DNA from: Candidatus Hodarchaeum mangrovi
GTDB lineage: Archaea; Asgardarchaeota; Heimdallarchaeia; Hodarchaeales; Hodarchaeaceae
Assembly (NCBI GenBank): GCA_016839515.1
Contig: JAEOUE010000054.1
Coordinates: 1 to 56,250 of the forward strand
Direction: 5' to 3'
Length of the DNA stretch: 56,250 bases
A program made the translations under genes and the position numbers. Of the stretch, positions 10,907-20,124 are shown piece by piece (the first letter of the stretch is position 1; every line of letters starts with the position of its first letter). The notes under the pieces are model-generated. The model ran no database searches and was not told where the DNA came from. It saw only the letters and a program-made list of their open reading frames with translations.

Positions 10907-11866
10907 CTAAACTTCTTCATTATTTTCCTCAGAATCTTGTTTAGGTTTATATATATCAAGCGGCCATTGTTTTCTTATTAATTTAGTAAGTACATGGGAA
11001 TCAAATTGATCAATTTCGATTGAGGAGGAAGCAGTTTTCATCAAACGTTCTGCAATTAGCTTTGACCGGACAACCGAGTCTGAATATCCAATTATCATTC
11101 CTACGACAAGGGGATGAGTTTTAACAACCACTAATTGGAGATCAGAAGCTGTAATTACTTCCATTCCTACAGGATTTTTCGTTAATTGACTCATTGTTTC
11201 GCTTATTCCACTATTGAACTGATCTAGGATGGTTTTGGAGATATTTACAAACTTAGCAGTCCAAATCGAATGTGACTCTAAATCAATCATGATGACTACA
11301 CGAAGTTTACAACGAAAAGTTGATTCAGATCCTGATAAAACATCTGCTAACCAATCAAAAGCATCATAGAAATTCTCCCCTGTCTTTGCAGAAATTCGGA
11401 ATAATCCAACTGGACGAGAAGAACGAACAGCATGGGTTAAATTTAAATCTTTAACAATAGAATCAAATGGTCTAGCACCTGGAAGGTCAATTTTATTAGC
11501 AATGAATAGTACAGGTGCCTCGGGATTATGTTTAATGGATTCCCAAAAAGCTTCAGAAGCTTCTTTTAATCTAATATCTGCAGAGTCTAGTACGAAGACA
11601 ATGGCTGAAATTCGTTTTTCAAGAGCTGGTTTCCATAGTAGATTCCGATATATTTCTTGACCACCCAAATCAACGATATTAAATAATATCTGACGGTATT
11701 TAACAGTTCGATAATTAACACCTAAAGTTCTGGTTGTAGGGATAAATTCAGATCGTAGCATACGGTTTACAATCGTTGTTTTTCCTGCATTATCTAACCC
11801 AATGATAACAATTTCGTAGTTTATGGTTTCTTTCCCTTTGAAAATTCTACGTAGAATACTTGACAT
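10907..11866 (-). CDS. Arf-like small GTPase fused to a C-terminal longin/roadblock-like domain
   Basis: GLDNAGKTT, DLGGQ, NKID, SAK; N-terminal amphipathic helix; about 135-aa alpha/beta C-terminal extension. Confidence 0.88.
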   Translation of the reverse strand: MSSILRRIFKGKETINYEIVIIGLDNAGKTTIVNRMLRSEFIPTTRTLGVNYRTVKYRQILFNIVDLGGQEIYRNLLWKPALEKRISAIVFVLDSADIRLKEASEAFWESIKHNPEAPVLFIANKIDLPGARPFDSIVKDLNLTHAVRSSRPVGLFRISAKTGENFYDAFDWLADVLSGSESTFRCKLRVVIMIDLESHSIWTAKFVNISKTILDQFNSGISETMSQLTKNPVGMEVITASDLQLVVVKTHPLVVGMIIGYSDSVVRSKLIAERLMKTASSSIEIDQFDSHVLTKLIRKQWPLDIYKPKQDSEENNEEV

Positions 11867-12078
11867 GAAAAAGCACCAAAACTACTGAGTATATCATAAA
11901 ATCTTATAAAACTACCTAGTAGGGGGTTGAAAGATTGTTTTACTATCTTCACTTAAATAATTATATCCTGATTCAAAAATCTTGACAAATAAGATCATTA
12001 GAACAAAATTTAATTAGATTAACTAGAAGAGGATAAAAAAAGGTATTATTTGATGTAGGAACAAAAAGAGGAATAATT

Positions 12079-13032
12079 ATGTCAAACGACTTTGCAATTA
12101 CCAAGGAGTATAAGGAACTTAAAGATACAATGAAAGATATCCAAAATCTTACCATCCAAGGTGCTACAGATGTCGCTATTTACGGTGTACGTGCATTTGC
12201 CAAGCATACACAAACAGTTCCATTAAAAGGAGAAGAATTAATAAATCATCTTGAATTCGTTGTTGAACAACTAAGTAGTGTTAGAGTGACTGAACCAGCG
12301 TTAAGAAATGGATTAAGATTTGTTATGACCGGTGTACGAGGGAAATTAGGGAAGGAGAATGCTATTGAATTAGGAGAATCTTATATTGAGTTAATTAACA
12401 AAGCAATGAAAAAGATATTCAAAATAGGGGCAGAAAGAATCCAAAATGGAGCAAGAGTATTTACTCATTGCCACTCTTCCACTACAGTAGGAATCTTTTT
12501 AGAAGCTGCAAAACAAGGGAAAGATTTCGAAGTAATTAATACAGAAACTCGACCATTATATCAAGGACGTAAAACCGCAAAAATTCTTTTAAGTAACAAT
12601 ATCAAAGTAACACACATTGTAGATTCAGCAATGAGGTGGGCAATGAATAAATTCAACCCTCATATGATTTTTCTAGGTGCAGATGCCATAACAGTTGAGG
12701 GAGTAGCTCTAAATAAAATCGGTTCCAGATTGTGTGCTTTAGCTTCTGAAGAGGAGCATATCCCATTGTATATTTGCACTCCTTTACTTAAGTATGATCA
12801 AGCTACTAGTATTGGACGTCTTAGTGAGATTGAAATGAGAGCACCCTTTGAAATATGGAATGAAAATGTTCCCCCAGGTATCAGGATTTTAAATCCCGCT
12901 TTTGAAACAATTGATCGTCGAAACATTGCAGCCTATATTACAGAAGCTGGAATTATACCTCCTCAAATTATTAGTTATACCTTTAATGGCTTGTATGGCG
13001 AGAAAATTAAGGATTTCCTTCATTTCTGGTAA
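12079..13032 (+). CDS. Ribose-1,5-bisphosphate isomerase (eIF2B alpha/beta/delta family)
   Basis: IQGA, THCHS (catalytic Cys), ETRPLYQG, GADAI (catalytic Asp), NKIG, NPAFE. Confidence 0.85.
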   Translation: MSNDFAITKEYKELKDTMKDIQNLTIQGATDVAIYGVRAFAKHTQTVPLKGEELINHLEFVVEQLSSVRVTEPALRNGLRFVMTGVRGKLGKENAIELGESYIELINKAMKKIFKIGAERIQNGARVFTHCHSSTTVGIFLEAAKQGKDFEVINTETRPLYQGRKTAKILLSNNIKVTHIVDSAMRWAMNKFNPHMIFLGADAITVEGVALNKIGSRLCALASEEEHIPLYICTPLLKYDQATSIGRLSEIEMRAPFEIWNENVPPGIRILNPAFETIDRRNIAAYITEAGIIPPQIISYTFNGLYGEKIKDFLHFW

Positions 13033-13046
13033 AGTTTTAGATTTCC

Positions 13047-13403
13047 TTATCTAATGTCAGGGCCATCCCCTAAATAATACGCATCATCTTCAATGAAACC
13101 AATTTTCTCAAATTCTTCTCTCACACTTTTTAAAATTAGCTCTGTTTCAGAATCATCATCTTCATATGGCCAAAATGTGTAACCAAGGATTATCTCAACT
13201 AGATGTGTCTCCTCATCAAAATAGTCTAATTCAACCGTGAACGCACGGGCACTCCCTGCGAATTCCTGTTCTAAATTGCGTGCTACATCATGAAGTTCAG
13301 AATCAACATCAACAAATGTGATAGATTCCTCACCTTCCCTAAATACTCCATTAAATACATAATATCTCGTAATAGCAGCAGTTAATGAATCATAATAAAC
13401 CAT
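13047..13403 (-). CDS. Hypothetical acidic protein
   Basis: 118-aa D/E-rich ORF filling the gap between flanking genes. Confidence 0.65.
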   Translation of the reverse strand: MVYYDSLTAAITRYYVFNGVFREGEESITFVDVDSELHDVARNLEQEFAGSARAFTVELDYFDEETHLVEIILGYTFWPYEDDDSETELILKSVREEFEKIGFIEDDAYYLGDGPDIR

Positions 13404-13500
13404 TGAATAGTACTCACATCTCCTTAGAACATAAATCTATTCTCATATAATTTCAAAAGAATAACACATCTTCTCTATTTCATTTTTTAGTAATTAATAC

Positions 13501-14757
13501 TTAATAAGACTGTTGTTTGAGACTCATAAAAAAATCATCTAATGTCTTTCGATTTAAGATTGGACTTCTACGATAATAGTAATTTAGAGGAACTGTTAAT
13601 TGTTTTTCAATATATTTTAAAGCGTCAATTAATGAAGTAAATTTAGCATGTGGTTGAATTAATGACTTTCTCATGTTTTCACGAACTTGCCATACTCCAA
13701 GAGGAATAGCATAACCTTTACCAACCTCACGGATTGTAACAACTGAAGAGACCCTCTTTAATTGCTCTAGCTTTTCAAGAATGGCTAACCTTGCAGCGTA
13801 ATAGCCTCCAACAGTATTTGTAGCATAGTATTTTCTACCATTAGGCCCTTCATTATCAGTTAAAATTTCTGGAGAAGGATCACTGGGATTCCAAGAACTT
13901 CCTTGCTTCCAAGATTCATGATAGTTAAATTGCCAGAAATCTTTAGGGATAAAGAGTGTCCAGAAATCATTGTCCAAATAGGAATTATGGAATACTAAAA
14001 ATTCTTCTAAAGGTTTAAATGTGCTAATTCTTTCTCGTATTGAATTCCCTATAATGTCATCTGTCGCGGTTATACTCCATCTTGTTGGGACAATTTTTCG
14101 CTTATTTTTTTCACCTAGAAGTCCAGCTGATAAAACTCGTGAAATCTGAGTCACAGAATATTTGGACTGGTAAAGATTATCTACTGCAATTAAAGCATTA
14201 AGATCAGTATCATTAACAACTTTTTCTAGTGTAGTATTAATTTTAGGATTAGATACCAGTTTTAATGAGTCAATTTTAAATCTGACTCCCAGTGGTTGGG
14301 TGTAATTATTAAAACTGAGGTCAATCTTCGGTTTTCTACTAAATTTTATTTCTAAATCAATAGGATTATCAGCTTGTATTTGCTCTTGAGTTACTTCCAA
14401 GATTTTACTTGATGAAGATATATCAGAAACATTAATAGGTTCTCCCATAAATCGAAAAAGCTTTGCTCGTATGCCTATAACATTTTCAAGAGTGAGATCT
14501 GTCTTCCATTTATCAGGTTCATCCATAATTTCAATATTATCCCAATTCATCGCGCCCATTGGGCCAATATAGACTTTTGGATACCCAAATCGGCCTACAA
14601 ATATACTAGGAGGGCTAGGCCCATAATATTCATTTTTTAATGATGGAAGGATCCTACGTATAGGAGCTAATGCCTTATTTTTAACAATAATAGGACAATA
14701 AGAAATACCACATAGAAATTTCCCCCCCTTACATCTTAAACATAATTCTTTTTTCAT
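13501..14757 (-). CDS. nreA: Archaeal DNA repair protein Nre
   Basis: N-terminal CLRCKG..LCG...CP, PPSIFVGRFGYPKV, VPTRWSITATDD, GGYYAARL, GVWQVRE; C-terminal PIP-like KTLDDFF. Confidence 0.92.
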   Translation of the reverse strand: MKKELCLRCKGGKFLCGISYCPIIVKNKALAPIRRILPSLKNEYYGPSPPSIFVGRFGYPKVYIGPMGAMNWDNIEIMDEPDKWKTDLTLENVIGIRAKLFRFMGEPINVSDISSSSKILEVTQEQIQADNPIDLEIKFSRKPKIDLSFNNYTQPLGVRFKIDSLKLVSNPKINTTLEKVVNDTDLNALIAVDNLYQSKYSVTQISRVLSAGLLGEKNKRKIVPTRWSITATDDIIGNSIRERISTFKPLEEFLVFHNSYLDNDFWTLFIPKDFWQFNYHESWKQGSSWNPSDPSPEILTDNEGPNGRKYYATNTVGGYYAARLAILEKLEQLKRVSSVVTIREVGKGYAIPLGVWQVRENMRKSLIQPHAKFTSLIDALKYIEKQLTVPLNYYYRRSPILNRKTLDDFFMSLKQQSY

Positions 14758-14781
14758 TCCACAAATACCACATATTTTGGC

Positions 14782-16164
14782 TCATAATTGGGTCTGAATT
14801 GGAGTGTTAGATCGAACTACTTTGATATCCTGATAGTTACCCTTTTGTCCTATTTTCAATGAGCCATATGTACCATCATACCCATAAGGATGAAAAGTAA
14901 AGACACCATTCTTTACTTGAATGATTGCATTTATTAAATTCTCATCTATTTGTCCTTCTAAAGAATCCTTAAGTTTGGAGACTGGAAGTTGCCAAAGAGT
15001 ACTTTCAGGGCCGATAATTTCAACTATCTTCTGATACATCGAAATAAGACGTTTTGCTGTTTTTGTCTTAATCTTATAAATGTCACTGAGAATATCTATC
15101 AATGGAACCATTCTAATAAATTTATTATGAACTTGAAATTCACCTAAACGCCTATCAGCATTTTGGGCTTTACTTATCTCACAACATCGTTGATATACAC
15201 CAATGGTTAGTGTTTTGTTGCATATAGGACAAATATCATTTGTTGGAACATGTTGAGGAGAAAAATAACAGTATTCTTTCAAACCGTGTTTTCCTGGACT
15301 CTTTCTTCCAGGACGATGACCAGTCAAAAAGAATCTTCCCTCTTCGGGTGGAAATTCAGCTGTAAGTTCAATTTTTTTGTTTCGTAAAGCAGTTATCATA
15401 TTAGGATAGGTTACTTTTGCCAAATTAATAATGGTAAATTCCCTGCCCATTCGATGTAGAGCTCCAGAGTGAGCATCAGAACAGGAAATTAATACACGAT
15501 TATCCAGTTCAGGGATAAGTGATAAAAATTCAGGATCTGCAGAAAGACCGGTTTCAAAAATAGTCATTCGGGATGTAACATCACCAAAAAACTCTTTAAG
15601 TGTATTAACTCTGATATCTGATCCATAAATCCCCTGTGGAGTCATTATATGTGCAGGTATCGCTTCAATTAAATCATCTATATCTAAGATGGAATTCAAT
15701 TTGGTGGATACTTCGCTTGAACCTCGGCATTTAATGAAAGGTCTAGCCATTTTCTCATGCTTTACATCCCATGAATCTAAATATTCACGAAAGCGATCAA
15801 CCGAATTAAAACTAGGAAAAAGGAGAAGGAGATGAACAATTTTAGATCGTACTCCTATAGGAGCTGTAAAAATTACTTCACTCTGCAAGACGAATTTAGT
15901 ATTAATCTCATCAGGAATAATAAATATACCATTTTCTTCTTCTAGAAGTATGTTTTTGAGTATTTTTGTCCAAGGTAAAAATTGGCAATCTCCTGTCCCT
16001 ATTATATCGATTCCTTTCAATGGCATTGTTTGGTTTGTTATTTCTAAGTGTTTTAGTGCTTTTTTTCTATTTTCATTCATAAGTTCAGAGGAAAGTTTTA
16101 AGGCTTGAGTTCCTCCTGCAAAAACAGAGTGGGCATGAAGATCAACTGTAATTTTCATAATCAT
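14782..16164 (-). CDS. PHP-domain endonuclease Q family protein
   Basis: DLHAHS, GTGD, PAHIMTP, ETGLSAD, SDAHS, GREFT, CPIC..LTIGV, GYDGTYG. Confidence 0.85.
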   Translation of the reverse strand: MIMKITVDLHAHSVFAGGTQALKLSSELMNENRKKALKHLEITNQTMPLKGIDIIGTGDCQFLPWTKILKNILLEEENGIFIIPDEINTKFVLQSEVIFTAPIGVRSKIVHLLLLFPSFNSVDRFREYLDSWDVKHEKMARPFIKCRGSSEVSTKLNSILDIDDLIEAIPAHIMTPQGIYGSDIRVNTLKEFFGDVTSRMTIFETGLSADPEFLSLIPELDNRVLISCSDAHSGALHRMGREFTIINLAKVTYPNMITALRNKKIELTAEFPPEEGRFFLTGHRPGRKSPGKHGLKEYCYFSPQHVPTNDICPICNKTLTIGVYQRCCEISKAQNADRRLGEFQVHNKFIRMVPLIDILSDIYKIKTKTAKRLISMYQKIVEIIGPESTLWQLPVSKLKDSLEGQIDENLINAIIQVKNGVFTFHPYGYDGTYGSLKIGQKGNYQDIKVVRSNTPIQTQL

Positions 16165-16176
16165 ACCAATTTTATT

Positions 16177-17445
16177 TCATTTCTTATTTTGGTATTCTAG
16201 AGCTTGCTCGCTTACCAGTTTTAATAGTCCTACTCCTTTTGTTGAGTCACCAACCATGAATAATGAAATATCATTTGTACTATTCTTTGCCCATTCTAAA
16301 GCAATTGTATTAGAACCATGTTGAGACATAACAATTTGTACCAATGATGTTCGAAAAAGACGAGTACATAAATGATTGGTTTCTTTATATATTTGACAAA
16401 TAAAAGCATGTTTTTTTATTATTTGTTCATTACTTGATCTTAAAGCTGTTACTTTGTTATTAGAACATTTTAACAAGGAAACGTCTGTAACTATAGGAGA
16501 ATATCCCTTTAGAAATTCAAAACTAGCATTTATATAATCATTATCTGGAAAAAGATCTATCGCATTCTCAATAGTTGTTTTATATCTTGATATGTGAACC
16601 TTTGGTTTAAATGCATTCCGTACATTCATTTCCCATAAAATTTCTCTGAAAATTCGGAATAGACTTCCCAATCTCCCTTTTCCAGAACTAAATGCGATAA
16701 CGAAATTATTTTCTATGGCGATAAGATAAAATTGTTGATTATTATATGTTTTCCCATGAATTTCTATTGGGAGAGCATCAAAGAAAGTTCCTGATATTTT
16801 CAATTCTCCTTCGTAATCTATTATCAAAGAATGGATTTGATTTACTAGTGAGATAATCTCAGGAGATAAAATAAGATTATGAACAGCTCTTATTGTACCA
16901 TCAGATATGACAACAGTTTCCTTTTCCGTACACATTTCACTAACAATAGTTTGGATAGAACTATCAATCTCCGTCAGTAAAACTTTTTTGATGTTATTGA
17001 ATATTTTTTCTAAAATATATTCGGGATAAAACTGCTCATTATGAACTTTAATATCCTGAATCGCTTCCTGAAGTATATTTGATACTGTTAATGAGTGTTG
17101 CAATAGTTTATCTTGATGAGATCGAGGAATAAATAACATAAAACTTTCTATTCGATTTTTGCCTCTAGCACGAGAGTCCTCTATCACAAACGAATGAATT
17201 AAAACTCTACCTTGTATACCTGTCACATTAATTGGGATTATTGCTGTATCAGGTTCACCAGTAGGCTCACCAACTCCTATTGCCATTGTAAATAATGTAG
17301 TTGTCACCCCTTGTAAAATAATTTTAGGGATATTTAGTTCATGTGCGAAATAGGATTTTAAAACAGGCCCGTGTTCCTCATCAAAAATAATATGAGCTAG
17401 AAAGAATTTGGTAGGAATACTCTTACTTGAATCTAATGGATTCAT
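16177..17445 (-). CDS. Longin/uDENN-like (FLCN/SMCR8-type) domain protein with further alpha/beta (roadblock-like) modules
   Basis: N-terminal FDEEHGP and DSRARGKNR motifs; G[RV]LG/GVGLL segments resemble roadblock C-terminal helices. Confidence 0.6.
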   Translation of the reverse strand: MNPLDSSKSIPTKFFLAHIIFDEEHGPVLKSYFAHELNIPKIILQGVTTTLFTMAIGVGEPTGEPDTAIIPINVTGIQGRVLIHSFVIEDSRARGKNRIESFMLFIPRSHQDKLLQHSLTVSNILQEAIQDIKVHNEQFYPEYILEKIFNNIKKVLLTEIDSSIQTIVSEMCTEKETVVISDGTIRAVHNLILSPEIISLVNQIHSLIIDYEGELKISGTFFDALPIEIHGKTYNNQQFYLIAIENNFVIAFSSGKGRLGSLFRIFREILWEMNVRNAFKPKVHISRYKTTIENAIDLFPDNDYINASFEFLKGYSPIVTDVSLLKCSNNKVTALRSSNEQIIKKHAFICQIYKETNHLCTRLFRTSLVQIVMSQHGSNTIALEWAKNSTNDISLFMVGDSTKGVGLLKLVSEQALEYQNKK

Positions 17446-17455
17446 TTCTGAACTT

Positions 17456-17818
17456 TCACACTCTTTTAGCTTTCTTCAACTTATTTTTCTTATTTTTCAA
17501 TGAATAATTAACTTTTTTATTTTTCTCTTCTATTAATCGCTTAATTTCATCCCATTGTTGTTCTGCATCAGATAATTTGGTTTGGTTTAATTTATCTTTC
17601 ACACCTAGGATATCAAGAGCCCATTGTCTTTCTTTTACTCTTCTATTTTTCTTCTTTTGTTGCCTATAGACTCCAGAACTTATCCAAGTTTCTAAAGCTG
17701 GTTCTTGTATCCCACATAAAGTACAAACATAGATTTTTTCTTCTGAATTCCAGAATAATGTACTTTTCTTACAATTCGGACAAGGAATGCGCGAATCGCG
17801 GATTGGAGGACGTCCCAT
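17456..17818 (-). CDS. Zinc-ribbon protein with basic tail
   Basis: CPNC...CTLC; Lys-rich C-terminus. Confidence 0.7.
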   Translation of the reverse strand: MGRPPIRDSRIPCPNCKKSTLFWNSEEKIYVCTLCGIQEPALETWISSGVYRQQKKKNRRVKERQWALDILGVKDKLNQTKLSDAEQQWDEIKRLIEEKNKKVNYSLKNKKNKLKKAKRV

Positions 17819-17833
17819 ATATTGTCACTTGTT

Positions 17834-18316
17834 TCACTTCAAAATTTCATCTAATTCAGCTTGAGAAATAGATAAAGAAGAAGGTAGTTCTGGTAGATTG
17901 CGCTTAATCGGTCCTTGTTGTAAAATCTCGAGAATAGCATCAATTGCAGGACCAATTATAAGGTTGAGTAATTCTAAATCAACATTTGGATCTGCTAGGA
18001 TTCCTAAAAAGGCTATTCGACCCATATCCCGAAGTAATAGCTTGAACTTATCACTTTCTGAGGTAAATGATACCCAAGGAGAACTTCCTATTTCCTTTCC
18101 TATCGTTTCTAAACTTGCGTGTATACCTGCAACTAATGAACATAATATTAAAGAACTTTCTTTCCCCATGGTTCCTTCCAAATTAACTTCTTCAATAAGA
18201 AGACCATCAGTATCAACACAGAATCCGGAATAAACCCCATCATAGGAGTTAACAATATCAGTTAGCACCTGATGAAGTGTTTTTGATTCTCTTGCTCTAT
18301 TATCTGAAAGAGACAT
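17834..18316 (-). CDS. Roadblock/LC7 domain protein
   Basis: helix-GV.....VDTDGLLI-helix-beta pattern; ADPNVDLELL end motif. Confidence 0.85.
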   Translation of the reverse strand: MSLSDNRARESKTLHQVLTDIVNSYDGVYSGFCVDTDGLLIEEVNLEGTMGKESSLILCSLVAGIHASLETIGKEIGSSPWVSFTSESDKFKLLLRDMGRIAFLGILADPNVDLELLNLIIGPAIDAILEILQQGPIKRNLPELPSSLSISQAELDEILK

Positions 18317-18426
18317 TAGTTTTCATCATCGATTTTACTTATGAGTCTGGTGATTTTGAGTTTTTAGCGGGTATTTATACATTCTTACGTTTCAGTTAAC
18401 CTCTTATCATTTCTCCTAGGCAATGC

Positions 18427-18436
18427 TTTTTTTAAG
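18427..18436 (+). promoter_or_regulatory. Putative TATA box of the SRP RNA gene
   Basis: TTTTTTTAAG about 25 nt upstream of the predicted RNA 5' end. Confidence 0.55.
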
Positions 18437-18457
18437 TTGGAATGGAGGGTGAAGATC

Positions 18458-18767
18458 GGAACAGTAGACCGGCTGGTTTAGCGGCCCAGCTATACGTAAT
18501 CGCTATATGACGGGTTTAAATCCAGAACTGAGAGACTGAAACCCTGAGCTGAGGTTCTCTGACCCTGTAGTAATGAAAGGTCCTCCTCCATGGTGACTTC
18601 ACGCTGAGATTCTTCTGGAGAGAAGAATAAGAATGTAAGGTCAAATCGGATGAGACATGGGAATGAGCAGTCCTAAGATCATGAGGTTATGCTTGAGAGG
18701 GTCTGGGCCTTGAGCTCAGTCAGATAAACTCCCCAGGTGTGGATGTACCAAAGCTCTGGTCTGTTCC
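18458..18767 (+). ncRNA. ffs: Archaeal signal recognition particle (7S) RNA
   Basis: 310-nt GC-enriched island; termini pair (GGAACAGtaGACCGG / CTGGTCTGTTCC); Alu loop-loop complement TAGCG/CGCTA; helix 6 ATTCTTCT-GGAG-AGAAGAAT; helix 8 CAT-GGGA-ATG-AGCAG. Confidence 0.9.
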
Positions 18768-18771
18768 ACTA

Positions 18772-18800
18772 TTTTTAACTTTTTTTTAAGCTATTTTTTC
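18772..18800 (+). terminator. Oligo-T terminator after the SRP RNA
   Basis: Several T tracts immediately 3' of helix 1. Confidence 0.55.
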
Positions 18801-19046
18801 CAGAAAAACGTTTATTTTTGCCTTTTTTCCCTATTTCATTATACTTTTTAGACCTAAATTTTTTTCCAAGAAGAATTCTACATTCAAAATAGATTTTATT
18901 ACGCGATGCATCAATAGCTACATTTATAAACATCAACAACACCAACACAAACAGATACTAGATGAATTCAAAACGAAATAAGGGAAGTAAATAGGGTATG
19001 GGGGTCTTTAATATTCATAAAAGTGTTGCTCTTGGAGAAATGATAA

Positions 19047-19325
19047 ATGTTAAAAATTGATCAACCTAAAAGTGAATTAGATGAGTCATACTCTACAAAT
19101 ATTGGAATATTTACACTTCCACGAAGCGCCCAAATTGTTTTCACAATTTTAAGTCAAGAGGGCCCCTTAACATCTGGGGATTTAGAAAGAAAGTGTTCTT
19201 ATTCAGATCGGACTATTCGAAATGCACTAAAACGATTGATAAAATTCGGATTAGTAAAAAAAGTGGCAAACTTTAGTGATATGAGAACATCTCTATTCAA
19301 AGTGCATTCAAATAATGCAGCTTAA
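19047..19325 (+). CDS. Small winged-helix (MarR-like) transcription regulator
   Basis: LPRSA..VF.IL..EGPLT...SDRTIRNALKRL...G.V...DMR. Confidence 0.85.
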   Translation: MLKIDQPKSELDESYSTNIGIFTLPRSAQIVFTILSQEGPLTSGDLERKCSYSDRTIRNALKRLIKFGLVKKVANFSDMRTSLFKVHSNNAA

Positions 19326-19349
19326 TCTCATTCTCAATCCCCTTATTAC

Positions 19350-19970
19350 CTAAGATCTCACTAATGAAAATATACTCTCCCCATAATGCGAGTACATTGT
19401 CTCCCAAACCCAATGAATTGGTAAACCAACTACATTATAATAATCACCTCGAATTTCTTCGATTAAAATCGCCCCTAAATCTTGTATAGCATAACCACCT
19501 GCTCTTAAATTCCATTTTTCGTTATTTAGATAAAAATTAATTTCATTTTGAGATAAATCTCGGAATTTTACTTCTGTTACAATTACCTTTTGATATTCTG
19601 TTCTTTCAGGTAGGATTAACAATGTGCACCCCGTAATTACGTCATGGACTTTATTAGAAAATCCCTCTAACATATTTTTGGCTTCTGTAAATGTAAGAGG
19701 TTTTCCTATGATTTTTCCAGAACCATTTAAAGTAATTGTATCACAGGCAATAATCACTGCTGAAATGTCATCTTGCTGTTTCAAGATCTCGTTACCAACA
19801 GCAAATGCCTTTTGAGAGGAAATTTTTGTAACTAATTCCTTTGGATTAATAGATGATATTGTTTCTTTAATATTACTTGGTTTTATTTCAAAAGAAAATC
19901 CTATCTGCTTAAGGATGTTAGCACGAGCGGGTGAATTTGAAGCCAAAATAATTTTAGGTAATTTGAGCAT
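19350..19970 (-). CDS. maf: Maf-family nucleotide pyrophosphatase
   Basis: ILASNSPAR, IACDT, IGKP, AGGYAIQ, GDYYNVVGLP. Confidence 0.93.
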   Translation of the reverse strand: MLKLPKIILASNSPARANILKQIGFSFEIKPSNIKETISSINPKELVTKISSQKAFAVGNEILKQQDDISAVIIACDTITLNGSGKIIGKPLTFTEAKNMLEGFSNKVHDVITGCTLLILPERTEYQKVIVTEVKFRDLSQNEINFYLNNEKWNLRAGGYAIQDLGAILIEEIRGDYYNVVGLPIHWVWETMYSHYGESIFSLVRS

Positions 19971-20124
19971 TATATATCCAACTTTTTACATAATTAAAAA
20001 AGGTCTTAAAGCCTCCTTTAAGTAATTTCTCTTTGTCGAAATACAGAAAGTTAATTTCGAATTACACAGTTTTTCTGCACAATCCACAACAATATAATCT
20101 CAACAGCAGGGATTTGTTTTTATC

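Noticed and set aside
12079-13032. Translation factor eIF2B subunit as a eukaryotic signature
   Set aside because: Catalytic Cys and Asp of ribose-1,5-bisphosphate isomerase are retained, so the metabolic enzyme is more likely
18458-18767. GC-rich island considered as RNase P RNA or tRNA
   Set aside because: No GAGGAAAGUCC P4 motif or cloverleaf; SRP helices 6 and 8 and the Alu pseudoknot fit instead
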